Of a stretch of 64,000 nucleotides of DNA, positions 31,830 through 40,947 are shown piece after piece. The notes under the pieces were generated by a model. The model worked only from the letters and a program-made list of their open reading frames with translations. It did not search any database and was not told where the DNA came from. Source of the stretch: Dehalococcoidia bacterium (lineage in GTDB: Bacteria; Chloroflexota; Dehalococcoidia; Bin125); NCBI GenBank assembly GCA_963662615.2, contig CAXXSR010000001.1:1824001-1888000 (forward strand), in the 5' to 3' direction. The translations under genes and the position numbers were made by a program. The first letter of the stretch is position 1. Each line of letters starts with the position of its first letter.

Positions 31830-32972
31830 ATGAAAGTGGGCGTCTCGCTCTTCATTGCCAATTACACGGACTGGGACCGCTACGAGGCCAAGGCCACCGA
31901 CACGCCCCCGGCCAAGCCCGACTCCGAGGTCTATGCGGAGGCGCTGCGCCTCGGCGATCTGATCGAACCGTTGGGCTATGACTCCATCTGGTCGGTGGAA
32001 CACCGCACCACCCCCTACCTCATGATCCCCAGCCCCGTGCAGCTGCTGACCTACTTCGCCGCCCGCACCGAGCGCGTGGACTTCGGCACCATGGTGATCG
32101 TCCTGCCCTGGCACGATCCCGTGCAGGTCGCCGAAGAGATCGCCATGCTGGACAACATCCTCCAAGGCCGCCGCCTCACCCTCGGCTTCGGCCGCGGCGC
32201 CTCCCGACGGGAGTTCGAAGCGCTGCGCGTCTCCATGAGCGAAACTCGCGGCCGCTTCGACGAGGCGCTCGAGATCATCCGCAAGGCCCTCACCCAGGAG
32301 CGCTTCGCCCATGAGGGGACCTTCTACACCATCCCCGAGACCACCGTGCGACCCCGGCCGCGCTCGCTGGACCTCGTCGAGCGAATGCACATCGCCTGGA
32401 TGAGCCCCGAGACCCTCCCCATCGGCGCCCAGGCCGGCCTGGGCATGCTCTTTACGAACTCCAAGTCGTGGGCCGAGTACGAAGACGACGTCAAGAACTT
32501 CAACGCCATCCGTGCCCAGCGCCAGTGGCAACCCCTGCAACCCATCGTCGTCGCCTTCGTCTCCTGCGCCGAGACGGAACAGGAAGCCTGGGCGACGGCC
32601 CTCAAGCACATGGGCGAGCAGCAGAACGCCGTCCGCCGCCACTACGAATTCGAAGAGCCGGAGCATTTCCGCCAAGCCGGCAGCTACGATCACTACGCTG
32701 GACTCGCCCAGCGGATCGCCGGCAGCACCTACGATGAACTCAACGAGAACTACGCCCAAGCGCAGGTGTGGGGGACCCCGGAGCAGTGCTTCGAGAGGCT
32801 CAAGGTGATCCAGGCCCAGACCAGCGCCGGCGAGTTCGTCTTGGTCTTCAACTACGGCAGCATGCCCTACGACGTTGCCGAAAAGAACATGCGCCTCTTC
32901 GCCGCAGAGGTGCTGCCGCGCCTGCACTCCTTCGAGCCCAGCGCCTTCGCCGGAGTCGCCGCCGGCGACTGA
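31830..32972 (+). CDS. LLM class flavin-dependent oxidoreductase
   Basis: WSVEH, PWHDPVQVAEEIAMLD, GFGRG, LFAAEVLP; AAGGAG RBS. Confidence 0.92.
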   Translation: MKVGVSLFIANYTDWDRYEAKATDTPPAKPDSEVYAEALRLGDLIEPLGYDSIWSVEHRTTPYLMIPSPVQLLTYFAARTERVDFGTMVIVLPWHDPVQVAEEIAMLDNILQGRRLTLGFGRGASRREFEALRVSMSETRGRFDEALEIIRKALTQERFAHEGTFYTIPETTVRPRPRSLDLVERMHIAWMSPETLPIGAQAGLGMLFTNSKSWAEYEDDVKNFNAIRAQRQWQPLQPIVVAFVSCAETEQEAWATALKHMGEQQNAVRRHYEFEEPEHFRQAGSYDHYAGLAQRIAGSTYDELNENYAQAQVWGTPEQCFERLKVIQAQTSAGEFVLVFNYGSMPYDVAEKNMRLFAAEVLPRLHSFEPSAFAGVAAGD

Positions 32973-33227
32973 GCGCGATCCGCCGCCGTGCTCTTTCGCA
33001 TCCGCCGTACCTGTCCCCCCAACGAATCTGGTGTGCCGCTCCTCGCCCCAGGATCGGGGCTCGCGTCAGCCGCGCGCGATCGGCCATCCACTCCGCGGTT
33101 CTGATCTCGCAAGGGCGCGGGACCAGACGGCCTCGCGCCGATCAGGCATCCTCAGGCGCTGCCTTCACTCCGCCGGCGCGTCACATCTTTGGCGGCGCGT
33201 TGGTCAATAGGACGGGGAGTGTGGCGA

Positions 33228-34766
33228 GTGCGCAAACGGGCGATCGGTGGCCGCGGCCTCGACGACGCCGCCGCGCGATCACTGCAGGCGGTGGACCGCA
33301 TCATCGCGGCCCGCCGGCGGCCCCCGCGCGCCGGCCCACCGGCGGCGCCCTCCGACCCGGAGCGCCTAGCCGATGCCGCCCTCGCGCTCACTGAGGCCTG
33401 GGAGAGCGCCCCCTCCGTCGACCCCGACGCCGTCTGGTCCCGCGTCGCTGCGGGCATCAGCGACCCCGCCGCTCAGCTGCCGCCTACCTCCGAGCCGGAG
33501 CGCCTGGCCCGCGCCGCCCTCGCGCTCACCGAGGCCTGGGAGAACGCCCCACCTGTCAACCCCGACGCGATCTGGGCCCAGATTGAAGCCGGCATCGACA
33601 GCAGCCCCCGCCGCCCGCGCTCGGCCCGCGCCCGCCTAACCACTCTCGTCCGTGGGCGGCCGGATCGCGGCCGCTGGATGGCCGGAGCCGCGGCTGCGGC
33701 CGTCGCGGCGACGGTCCTGGTCGGCGCCCTCCTCGTTCTGCCCGGAGAGCCCAGCGTCGGTCCAGACAACGGTCTGGCCGCTTCTCCTGCCGTCGCTTCG
33801 CCCCCTCCGGCTGAGGCCCCCGACGCCCAGCCACCGCCCACCGTCGCCGCCCCCGCCCCCGACCCCGAGCCGCCGCCCACCGACGCGGCCCCTGACCCCG
33901 GCCCGCCGCCCACCGTCGCGACCCCCGACCCGGAGCCGCCGCCCGCCGTCGCCGCCCCCGACCCCGAGCCGCCGCCCACCGACGCGGCCCCTGACCCCGG
34001 CCCGCCGCCCACCGTCGCGACCCCCGACCCGGAGCCGCCCCCCACCGTCGCCGCCCCCGATACCGAACCGCCCCCCATCGCGGAGAGCCCCCCTCCTGCC
34101 CAGGAGGACCTGCCCCCCGCCGCCGAGGGCCCACCTCCCGCCCCAGAGAGTCCGCCTCCCGCCGCCGAGCCGCCCCCGGTCCCCTTTGCAACCTCCATCG
34201 AGGAGCTGTCGAGCCTCGTCAATCAGGCGCTGGCCGACCAGCAACTCTCGCAGACAGAGGCAGGCGCCATCAATGATCGCCTTGCCGCGCTCGTGGCGGA
34301 CCTGCAAGCCGACGGCTCCGCCCTCCTCGCACTGACCCTCCCCGATCTGCACCTTGCCGCTGACACCCTAGAGAGCATGCGGGAGGAGCTGGCCCCGTTC
34401 GCACTGGAGCCATCCGATCCCATCGCGACAACGCTGGCGCCAACACTGGCGTCGCTCGACACGCTCTCGACGGCCGTCCAAGACGCCATCACCGCCCTGG
34501 AAGCGCAGACTCCGGCATCCCCACCGCCGGACTCCGAAGGGGAGTCAGAGACGGGCGCAACCGGCTCCGACCCACCCGCCTCCGACCCACACGCCTCCGA
34601 CGCACCCGCCGACAGCGCCGCCGGCGGCGCGAATCTCACCGACCTCCCTTCTTTCGACACCTTTGCGGAGCTGAATGCGGAAATGGAGTCTCGCGGCTAT
34701 CGCTACAACCCCACGCTCGGCAAATTTGAGCTGAAGCCGGGCGGGTCGGAAGCGCCGGCGCCATGA
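33228..34766 (+). CDS. Putative single-pass membrane anti-sigma factor with duplicated N-terminal helical motif and Pro-rich extracellular linker
   Basis: Two copies of PERLAxAALALTEAWExAPxVxPDAxW, one TM segment, PDPEPPPT repeats; ATGA overlap with the ECF sigma gene. Confidence 0.6.
   Translation: MRKRAIGGRGLDDAAARSLQAVDRIIAARRRPPRAGPPAAPSDPERLADAALALTEAWESAPSVDPDAVWSRVAAGISDPAAQLPPTSEPERLARAALALTEAWENAPPVNPDAIWAQIEAGIDSSPRRPRSARARLTTLVRGRPDRGRWMAGAAAAAVAATVLVGALLVLPGEPSVGPDNGLAASPAVASPPPAEAPDAQPPPTVAAPAPDPEPPPTDAAPDPGPPPTVATPDPEPPPAVAAPDPEPPPTDAAPDPGPPPTVATPDPEPPPTVAAPDTEPPPIAESPPPAQEDLPPAAEGPPPAPESPPPAAEPPPVPFATSIEELSSLVNQALADQQLSQTEAGAINDRLAALVADLQADGSALLALTLPDLHLAADTLESMREELAPFALEPSDPIATTLAPTLASLDTLSTAVQDAITALEAQTPASPPPDSEGESETGATGSDPPASDPHASDAPADSAAGGANLTDLPSFDTFAELNAEMESRGYRYNPTLGKFELKPGGSEAPAP
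33831..34075 (+). repeat. Intragenic ~33-bp Pro-rich tandem repeats forming a near-perfect 99-bp duplication
   Basis: PDPEPPPTDAAPDPGPPPTVATPDPEPPPxVAA occurs twice. Confidence 0.85.
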
Positions 34767-35359
34767 CCCCCCCGCGCGTCGCAACGGACGCAACCAACGG
34801 CGCCGCCACCGCGGAGATGGCGCGCGCCCCCTCGTCCGACCTCCTCGTCGCCAGCGCTCGCGCGGGCGACCGCGACGCCTTCGCCACGTTCTATTCCCAG
34901 CGCGTCGGCGCCGTCTCCCGCTACATCGGCGCGATCCTCCGCGACGTCGATCGCACCGAAGACGTCACGGCGCAGACTTTCTTGCGCGCCTGGAACGCTC
35001 TCCCCGCCCTGCGCAAGGTCAACCGCTTCGACGCCTGGCTGTTCCGGATCGCGCACAACGAGACCATGGTGGAACTGAACCGCCACGCCACCGCTCCCCT
35101 GGACGAAGTACCCGAACCTGCTGACGAGAGTCGCTTCAATTCCCCCAGCGACCGCCTGGAACAGAAGGACGAAGCTGAGCGCGTGAATCGCGCCTTGCTC
35201 CGCCTCCCGGACGAGCAACGGCAAGTGTTGGTCCTTCGCTACCTCCGCGAACTGTCGTACGAAGACGTGGCCAGACAGTTGGGAAAGACGGAAGGCGCGG
35301 TCTACACCCTCAAGTTCCGCGCCCTTAGACGGTTGCGCCAAGAGTGGGAGGCGGAATGA
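34763..35359 (+). CDS. ECF sigma-70 factor
   Basis: Region 2 EDVTAQTFLRAW...WLFRIAHN; region 4 LPDEQRQVLVLRY..LSYEDVA..GAVY..FRALRRL. Confidence 0.93.
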   Translation: MTPPRVATDATNGAATAEMARAPSSDLLVASARAGDRDAFATFYSQRVGAVSRYIGAILRDVDRTEDVTAQTFLRAWNALPALRKVNRFDAWLFRIAHNETMVELNRHATAPLDEVPEPADESRFNSPSDRLEQKDEAERVNRALLRLPDEQRQVLVLRYLRELSYEDVARQLGKTEGAVYTLKFRALRRLRQEWEAE

Positions 35360-35427
35360 GGCCGCACGCGGGAGCGTCCCTCAGCCAAGCGTAGGACCAA
35401 CGCTCGGCGAGGACGGTTCAGCGGCTC

Positions 35428-36362
35428 TCACCATTGCTCCCAAACAGCGGCCTTGCGCAGATGCACCCAGACCGCTTGGCCCGTGACGAGACCATCGAGA
35501 TCGCTGAGAAAGCCCGGCGCGCCGGGACGGTAGACGCGGTACTGCTGCCGCCAGGCGTCGAACCCGTACACGGCGACCAGCGCATCGTCCAAGCCCCTCA
35601 CTGCCTCAGCCACGGGACGCCCGCTCCCGGTCCAGGCAACGAGGTTCCACCCGCTCTCAAGCCACACCACCCGAGGCCCTCGCGACGGCGGTCGCAGCCA
35701 CAAGAGGCCGCCCCCGTCCAGCTCACCAGATTCCACCCGGGGTACAGGTAGTACGGATCGAAGGCCGCGAAGTGGTTCGTGGACCGAAAGTCCATCCCCG
35801 CGTAGGCGTTGGCGCTCTTTGTCGCGGGTAGGTCCCACCCCTCCAGGGCATACCGTCCGGTCAAGGGGACGGTCGTGCGCAGCTCTCCGCCACCGGGCGT
35901 GGTATGGACGGCCAGGTGGAGGTGAGCCAGGCCGTGATTCTCGGTGGCCCCCGGCGGCGCCACCTGGCCCAGCTCTTGACCCCGACGCACCGTGGCGCCC
36001 AACTCCACGCCTCGATGCGGGAGAAGGTGGCAGAGCAGGACGGCGATCCTGGGGCTCGCCTCAATCGCCACGCAGCCTGAGGAGGCGACGGACACCGTCC
36101 CGGCCACCGGCGCAAGCACCGGCGTTCCGGCCGTGGGGCCGTCGCTGCGCACAATGTCCAGTGCGTGGGGATCAACGCCCGTGTGGCTTCCGGTGTTATA
36201 GCCCGATTCCACGGACCACACCGTCCCGGCGGGCGCGGGCAGTGGCAGCCCCGAGATCTCGGCCTGACCCGGTCTCGGCCAAATGATGGCGGCCCCCACG
36301 GCCGCCACTACAGCGCCCCCGAGGGCGAGCCGTTTTACAGGAGCCAATCGCACGCGTCTCAA
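35428..36362 (-). pseudogene. M23 family metallopeptidase with two C-terminal GWNLV modules; the first is internally deleted, shifting the frame at ~35715
   Basis: TM/signal, H..HALD, PVLAPVAGTV, CHL, HLH; frame switches from PGWNLVSWTG to LDGGGLLWLR...GWNLVAWTG. Confidence 0.75.
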
Positions 36363-36675
36363 TATGGCGGGGGAGTACGGTGTGCACCATCAGGGTTGTC
36401 CCTGATCTTCCGCCACCGGGCGGGCGCTGCAAACCGAGACTGTCGACCAAGCAACGTCGTGCAGCCCCGCAACCGGGGTATCGACCGAAGGATCTCCCTC
36501 CCACTGGGGATGGCCGCCCAGACTCGACGTCCGGGTCACCCAGAGCCTCGCGGCTCCATCTGATCAACCGCTCTGATCATGCGGCGGAGTCTGCGTGCGC
36601 GCTGTAGCGGTGCGCCCATCGCCATTTGATAACCTGGAGATCCAGCGAGCGGCGGGACGTCCGGAGCGGTGGGCC

Positions 36676-38751
36676 ATGACGAACGACGCGCTTGCGCCTG
36701 TTTCCAACCTCGCCCGGGCCACTCCAACGGCGGGCGTCGTCTGGCTTGTCGTCCTCGCCATCGGCGCCGCCCTGACCCTCCTGGCGATCGAGGTCGCCGG
36801 CGATAACGTCCTCGACGCCGACCTCGACGTCGCCCGCTGGGCGCAAGGCATCGACTTCTTCGCCTGGCATGAAGTCCTCGACTCGGTCGAGTTCGCGACG
36901 GGCTCCCCGGGCGGCGTCTTCATCTGGCTCGCTCTCGTCGTCGGCTTCTGGGCTTTCGGCCGCCCCGTCGACGCCATCGTCATGAGCATCGCTCCCGCGA
37001 TCTGGCTGCCCAAGACGATCATCAAGGAGATCGTCGCCAGCCCTCGCCCTACCGACGATCTCGTCACCGTCACCGACATCGGCGCCGGCTTCGGCTTCCC
37101 CAGCGGCCACATGACCGGCGCCGTCGCCGTCTTCGGCATCCTGGCGATCATCCTCTTCGTCCGCCTCGGTCCCGGCCGAGCGCGGCTGATCTGGCCCGCT
37201 GCCTTCACCGCCCTGCTGATCCTCGCCTCCTTCGATCGTGTCACCTCGGGCGCCCACTGGCCCAGCGACGTGCTCGGGAGCCTCTTGCTCGGCGCCATCT
37301 GGCTCAGCGGGCTCACCGCCTTTTACCTCGGCCTCCGCCGCGATCAGATCATCTTGCCGGGCTGGTCGCTCCTGCGCTGGATCCGTCGGCGCCGCTCCAC
37401 ACCCCTGCCCACCGCCGGCCGCATTGCCGGCTCTATCGCTAGCACCGTCTACCTTGATGATGAGGCCGGCCTGGCGACCAAGGTCTACCGCCCTCCGCTG
37501 CCCGTCCGTCTGCTCTATTGGGCCGCCTTCCAATCGTCCTTCCCGTACTCCAGCCGCGAGGAGGCGCTCCGCACCGCCGCCGCTGTCCGCCGACTGACGG
37601 GCCTCCTCACCAAGCACTGGACCGGCCGGAACATGGTGGCCGCCGTCACCGAGATCAGCTGCCGGCAGGGCGAGTTTCACTTCGTCACCGAGTTGGTCCC
37701 GGGCGAGGAGCCGCGCGACAACGCGGAGATCGCGCCGCTCCTCCAACAGCTGCGCTTTCGCTTTGAAGACGCCGGCCTCCCCACCTGGCAGATCGATCCG
37801 GAGAACCCGCACGCCCACACCAACTTCATCCGCACCCCTGACGGCGACCTCAAAATCATCGATCTGGAGTCCACGCTCGTCCCCCTAATCCAACCCCTCA
37901 ACATGCTGCCCGGCATGCTCCGCACCGGCCGCGTCCCCACCTTCGACGACGTCGACTACCGCCGTCTGAACGCCTACGTCAACGAAAATGAGGCCGCGCT
38001 GCAAGAGTCGCTCGGCGACGCCGGCATCCGCGACCTCCGCGACGCCGTGGAGGAGGCGGAAGACTGCGCCCGCGCCTGGCGCAGCGCGGAGCCGAATATC
38101 TGGGGACGGGCTGGGCATCGGCTCTGGCACTGGATCGACTGGGACCGACGCTCGGGCCCTGTCCGCCGCAGCCTCGCCCGCTCCGAAGAGTTCGCCCTGG
38201 ACTTCGTCACGACCCCGCTTGAGCGCTGGGTGCAGCAGGGCCGCATCCCCGCCGCCGAGGCGGACGCCATCACCCGCTCGCTCCGTACCGACGAAGCCCG
38301 CTATGACCTGCGCTTCTTCGGCACGCTCGTCGCCGCCAGCTTCATCCCAGGACCACCGGGGACACGTAGCTTCATCCGCTTCGCCATCGTCCTCACCGCT
38401 CGCTCAAAGGCGGAGCGCGCCTTCGGCCGGGGACAGATTGGAGCGGAGGAGTACCAGCGGGCCATGCGCCTCCATACAATCCCCGTCGCCCTCTTCGCCC
38501 TCATTCCGGCGCTGGGCGCCGTCGCCTACCTGCTGGCGCCATCCATGCGCAGCTCTGCGCCGGTCCTCGGCGCCCTCGCCGTCGATCGTGCGGGCCACAA
38601 AGTGCCGTTTCGCCTCTATTACTGTCTCCGCGGCGACCGCCTCACCACCTGGCTTCTCAAGTGGGGTCGGGAAGAGCGCTCGGCGCAGCGGCGGGGCCTA
38701 CGCGGCTTGCCCTGTCACGCCCTCCAACACCTGCGTGGCCAGGAGCACTAG
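36676..38751 (+). CDS. PAP2 membrane phosphatase fused to a protein-kinase-like domain and a hydrophobic C-terminal region
   Basis: K..RP, FPSGH and R...AHWPSD PAP2 motifs; ATKVY, HAHTNF and IIDLE kinase-like motifs. Confidence 0.75.
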   Translation: MTNDALAPVSNLARATPTAGVVWLVVLAIGAALTLLAIEVAGDNVLDADLDVARWAQGIDFFAWHEVLDSVEFATGSPGGVFIWLALVVGFWAFGRPVDAIVMSIAPAIWLPKTIIKEIVASPRPTDDLVTVTDIGAGFGFPSGHMTGAVAVFGILAIILFVRLGPGRARLIWPAAFTALLILASFDRVTSGAHWPSDVLGSLLLGAIWLSGLTAFYLGLRRDQIILPGWSLLRWIRRRRSTPLPTAGRIAGSIASTVYLDDEAGLATKVYRPPLPVRLLYWAAFQSSFPYSSREEALRTAAAVRRLTGLLTKHWTGRNMVAAVTEISCRQGEFHFVTELVPGEEPRDNAEIAPLLQQLRFRFEDAGLPTWQIDPENPHAHTNFIRTPDGDLKIIDLESTLVPLIQPLNMLPGMLRTGRVPTFDDVDYRRLNAYVNENEAALQESLGDAGIRDLRDAVEEAEDCARAWRSAEPNIWGRAGHRLWHWIDWDRRSGPVRRSLARSEEFALDFVTTPLERWVQQGRIPAAEADAITRSLRTDEARYDLRFFGTLVAASFIPGPPGTRSFIRFAIVLTARSKAERAFGRGQIGAEEYQRAMRLHTIPVALFALIPALGAVAYLLAPSMRSSAPVLGALAVDRAGHKVPFRLYYCLRGDRLTTWLLKWGREERSAQRRGLRGLPCHALQHLRGQEH

Positions 38752-38907
38752 CCAGGAGCACGAACCGGCCCGCCTTCGCCGATCTCGTCAGCGTCGTTGG
38801 CCCGATCCTGATCGACGGTCCGCCGCTCCTCCTCGCCGCTGGAGGGATCACCCCGTCATCAGCGGCCACGCGAGCGACGCGCCCGCGCCGCAGACCACTC
38901 CCTCGCG

Positions 38908-39117
38908 CTACTCGGTCGCTCCCCCGCCTTGTGGGAAGTCCGGGAGATGCGCCCCAGATTTGTAATGCTGGAACCCGGGTGACTCGCGGACGATCACGTA
39001 AATGTATTCCCGGGGCGCGTCAATGGTTTCGGCCACCGCCGCCGTGATCCGCTCCACGAGATTGTGGACCTGCTCTCTCGTCCGTCCTTCGCGAATGTCG
39101 CACTGGATGATCGGCAT
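38908..39117 (-). CDS. 4-oxalocrotonate tautomerase family protein
   Basis: Catalytic Pro1 (MPIIQ), GRT.EQ, 69 aa; GAGGAG RBS. Confidence 0.9.
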   Translation of the reverse strand: MPIIQCDIREGRTREQVHNLVERITAAVAETIDAPREYIYVIVRESPGFQHYKSGAHLPDFPQGGGATE

Positions 39118-39575
39118 CGGCTCCTCCTCTCTCGGGGAGCACGGTGGCATGACGGCGACGATCCGCGCAACGACCGCGACCACGAGCGGCCGGGCAAGCA
39201 GCGCCCAACGCAAGCGACGCCGGCGCGCCCGGACGCATCCTCCGGCCGCCTCCCCTCTTTTGCCAGACCCTCCCGACGGACCGCCTCCGTACATAACTCC
39301 CGTGTGGATCTGAAGCGTGCGTAACGTTTGGCCCCCTCCGCCCTCTATTGGGCAGAGAGGGTCGGCTGTTGTCCCTGATTGGGCAGCGGCTCTCGACCAA
39401 ATCTCGACGGGAATGCGTCACAGCTCCCGCGGCAGTCGTCCACTGACCAGAAACGACTCGCCGCACAACCGCTCAGTCACCTGCCCGCCTGCTCGCGCAG
39501 ACTGAGGCGTTCGCAGGCGGTACGGTAGCCGCACGAAGGTGCTGGGCGGCGGTACCCGTTGAAACGGGGAACGCC

Positions 39576-40775
39576 ATGGACCGGCGATCCACCGCTTCTC
39601 CTTGGGGCCGCTCACGGACTGTCACGCTGCGCGCCGGGCGCGACGGCAACGGCAACGGCAACGCGTCGCTGCGCCGCCACGGTCGCCTCCGGCCCGCGAC
39701 GTTGCGCGCGCTGCCGCTCTCGACCTACCTGCCGGCGCTCCTCGTGGTGGTGTCCACTCTCGTCGTCGGACTGCTCGTCACCGCCACGCTCCCTGCCTCC
39801 GCCACCGGCCCTTCGACCCTCAACAGCGGCGCGCTGACCCTGGATCCGGAGGAGAAGCGCATCCTCACGGCGCTCAATCAGGAACGCGCGGCTCAATCCC
39901 TCCCGCCCCTGGCCCTCTCGCCCATCATCAATGCGGCGGCCGACTGGATGGTCCACGACCTCACCAACAACCGCCGCCTCTCCCACATCGATTCTCTCGG
40001 GCGCGGCCTTGGCGATCGACTGGCCGCCTTCGGCTATTCGTCAACGGCGACCGTGAGCGAGAACGTCGGCCGGGAGTTTTCATCGGGGAGTGAGTTTGTC
40101 GCCGCCGCGCTGGAGTCGCCCGCCCATCGCGCCAATCTCCTCTCTGCCAATGCCCGCGCCGTCGGCATCGCCCGCGCCTCGCTGCAAGACGGCAGCGGCC
40201 GCTGGTACTGGGTCACCGACTTCGGCTCCGCGCTGGACGCCGGCCCCCCACGCCGAACCACCAGGACCGCTCTGCTGCGCCCGGGCTGGAATCTCGTCTC
40301 CTGGCTCGGCATCGCCACCGCCACGGCGACGGCCACAGCGCCCCTCGGAAGCACGGTCGATCAGCTGTTGAGCTGGGACGCGGCCGCCGGGAACTGGCGC
40401 TGGTTCAGCCTGGCGGCCCGTCGCGGATCCCTCGCCACCCTCGACAACGGCGACGCCGTGTGGGTCCACGTCACCGCCGCTGCGCCACTGTATTGGCCCC
40501 AGGCCGTCCCGCGACCGCTGCCCCGCCTCCTCGACACGCCCCCGGGGTGGACCTTAACCGCCTGGACCGGCCCCGACGTCACCCCCTTGGTGAAAGCCGT
40601 GGCTTCGCTTGGCGATCGCGTCAGCGCGGTCGCCTCCTTCGACGCGGCCCAGCAGGAGTACCGCCTCTATCGGCCCGACCTCCCTTGGCTTGGCGCTGCG
40701 CCCATCCTCAGTCACGGAGACGCGTTCTGGATCCGCCTGCGCAGCGCGGGGACATGGGCGCAGGCTGCACCGTAA
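39576..40775 (+). CDS. Secreted CAP/SCP domain protein with two C-terminal GWNLV modules (start uncertain)
   Basis: LNQERA...LSH..ENVG..SPAHRANLL..VGI..YWVTDFG; LRPGWNLVSW and PPGWTLTAW modules. Confidence 0.82.
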   Translation: MDRRSTASPWGRSRTVTLRAGRDGNGNGNASLRRHGRLRPATLRALPLSTYLPALLVVVSTLVVGLLVTATLPASATGPSTLNSGALTLDPEEKRILTALNQERAAQSLPPLALSPIINAAADWMVHDLTNNRRLSHIDSLGRGLGDRLAAFGYSSTATVSENVGREFSSGSEFVAAALESPAHRANLLSANARAVGIARASLQDGSGRWYWVTDFGSALDAGPPRRTTRTALLRPGWNLVSWLGIATATATATAPLGSTVDQLLSWDAAAGNWRWFSLAARRGSLATLDNGDAVWVHVTAAAPLYWPQAVPRPLPRLLDTPPGWTLTAWTGPDVTPLVKAVASLGDRVSAVASFDAAQQEYRLYRPDLPWLGAAPILSHGDAFWIRLRSAGTWAQAAP

Positions 40776-40947
40776 GCATCAAGGAGGGCGCCGGCGACCG
40801 CCGCTGCCACCGCCTCAAACCCCGCCTCAAACCCCGCCCAACGCCGCAGTGACTGCACCAACAGGATCGCCGTGGCGGGTGCGCTGACGCGCGCAGTTCG
40901 CAACGACCCCCGTCGCCGGCGGGCGGCCCACCGATCCCAATCAACGA

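Noticed and set aside
36363-36675. Possible riboswitch or ncRNA between M23 and PAP2, with GTTGTCCCTGAT shared with ~39368
   Set aside because: No known RNA consensus is recognisable, and a single 12-mer match is weak evidence.
26455-40840. Short two-copy duplications near stop codons (26455-26485, 38738-38761, 40811-40840)
   Set aside because: They look like ordinary slippage duplications with no sign of function.
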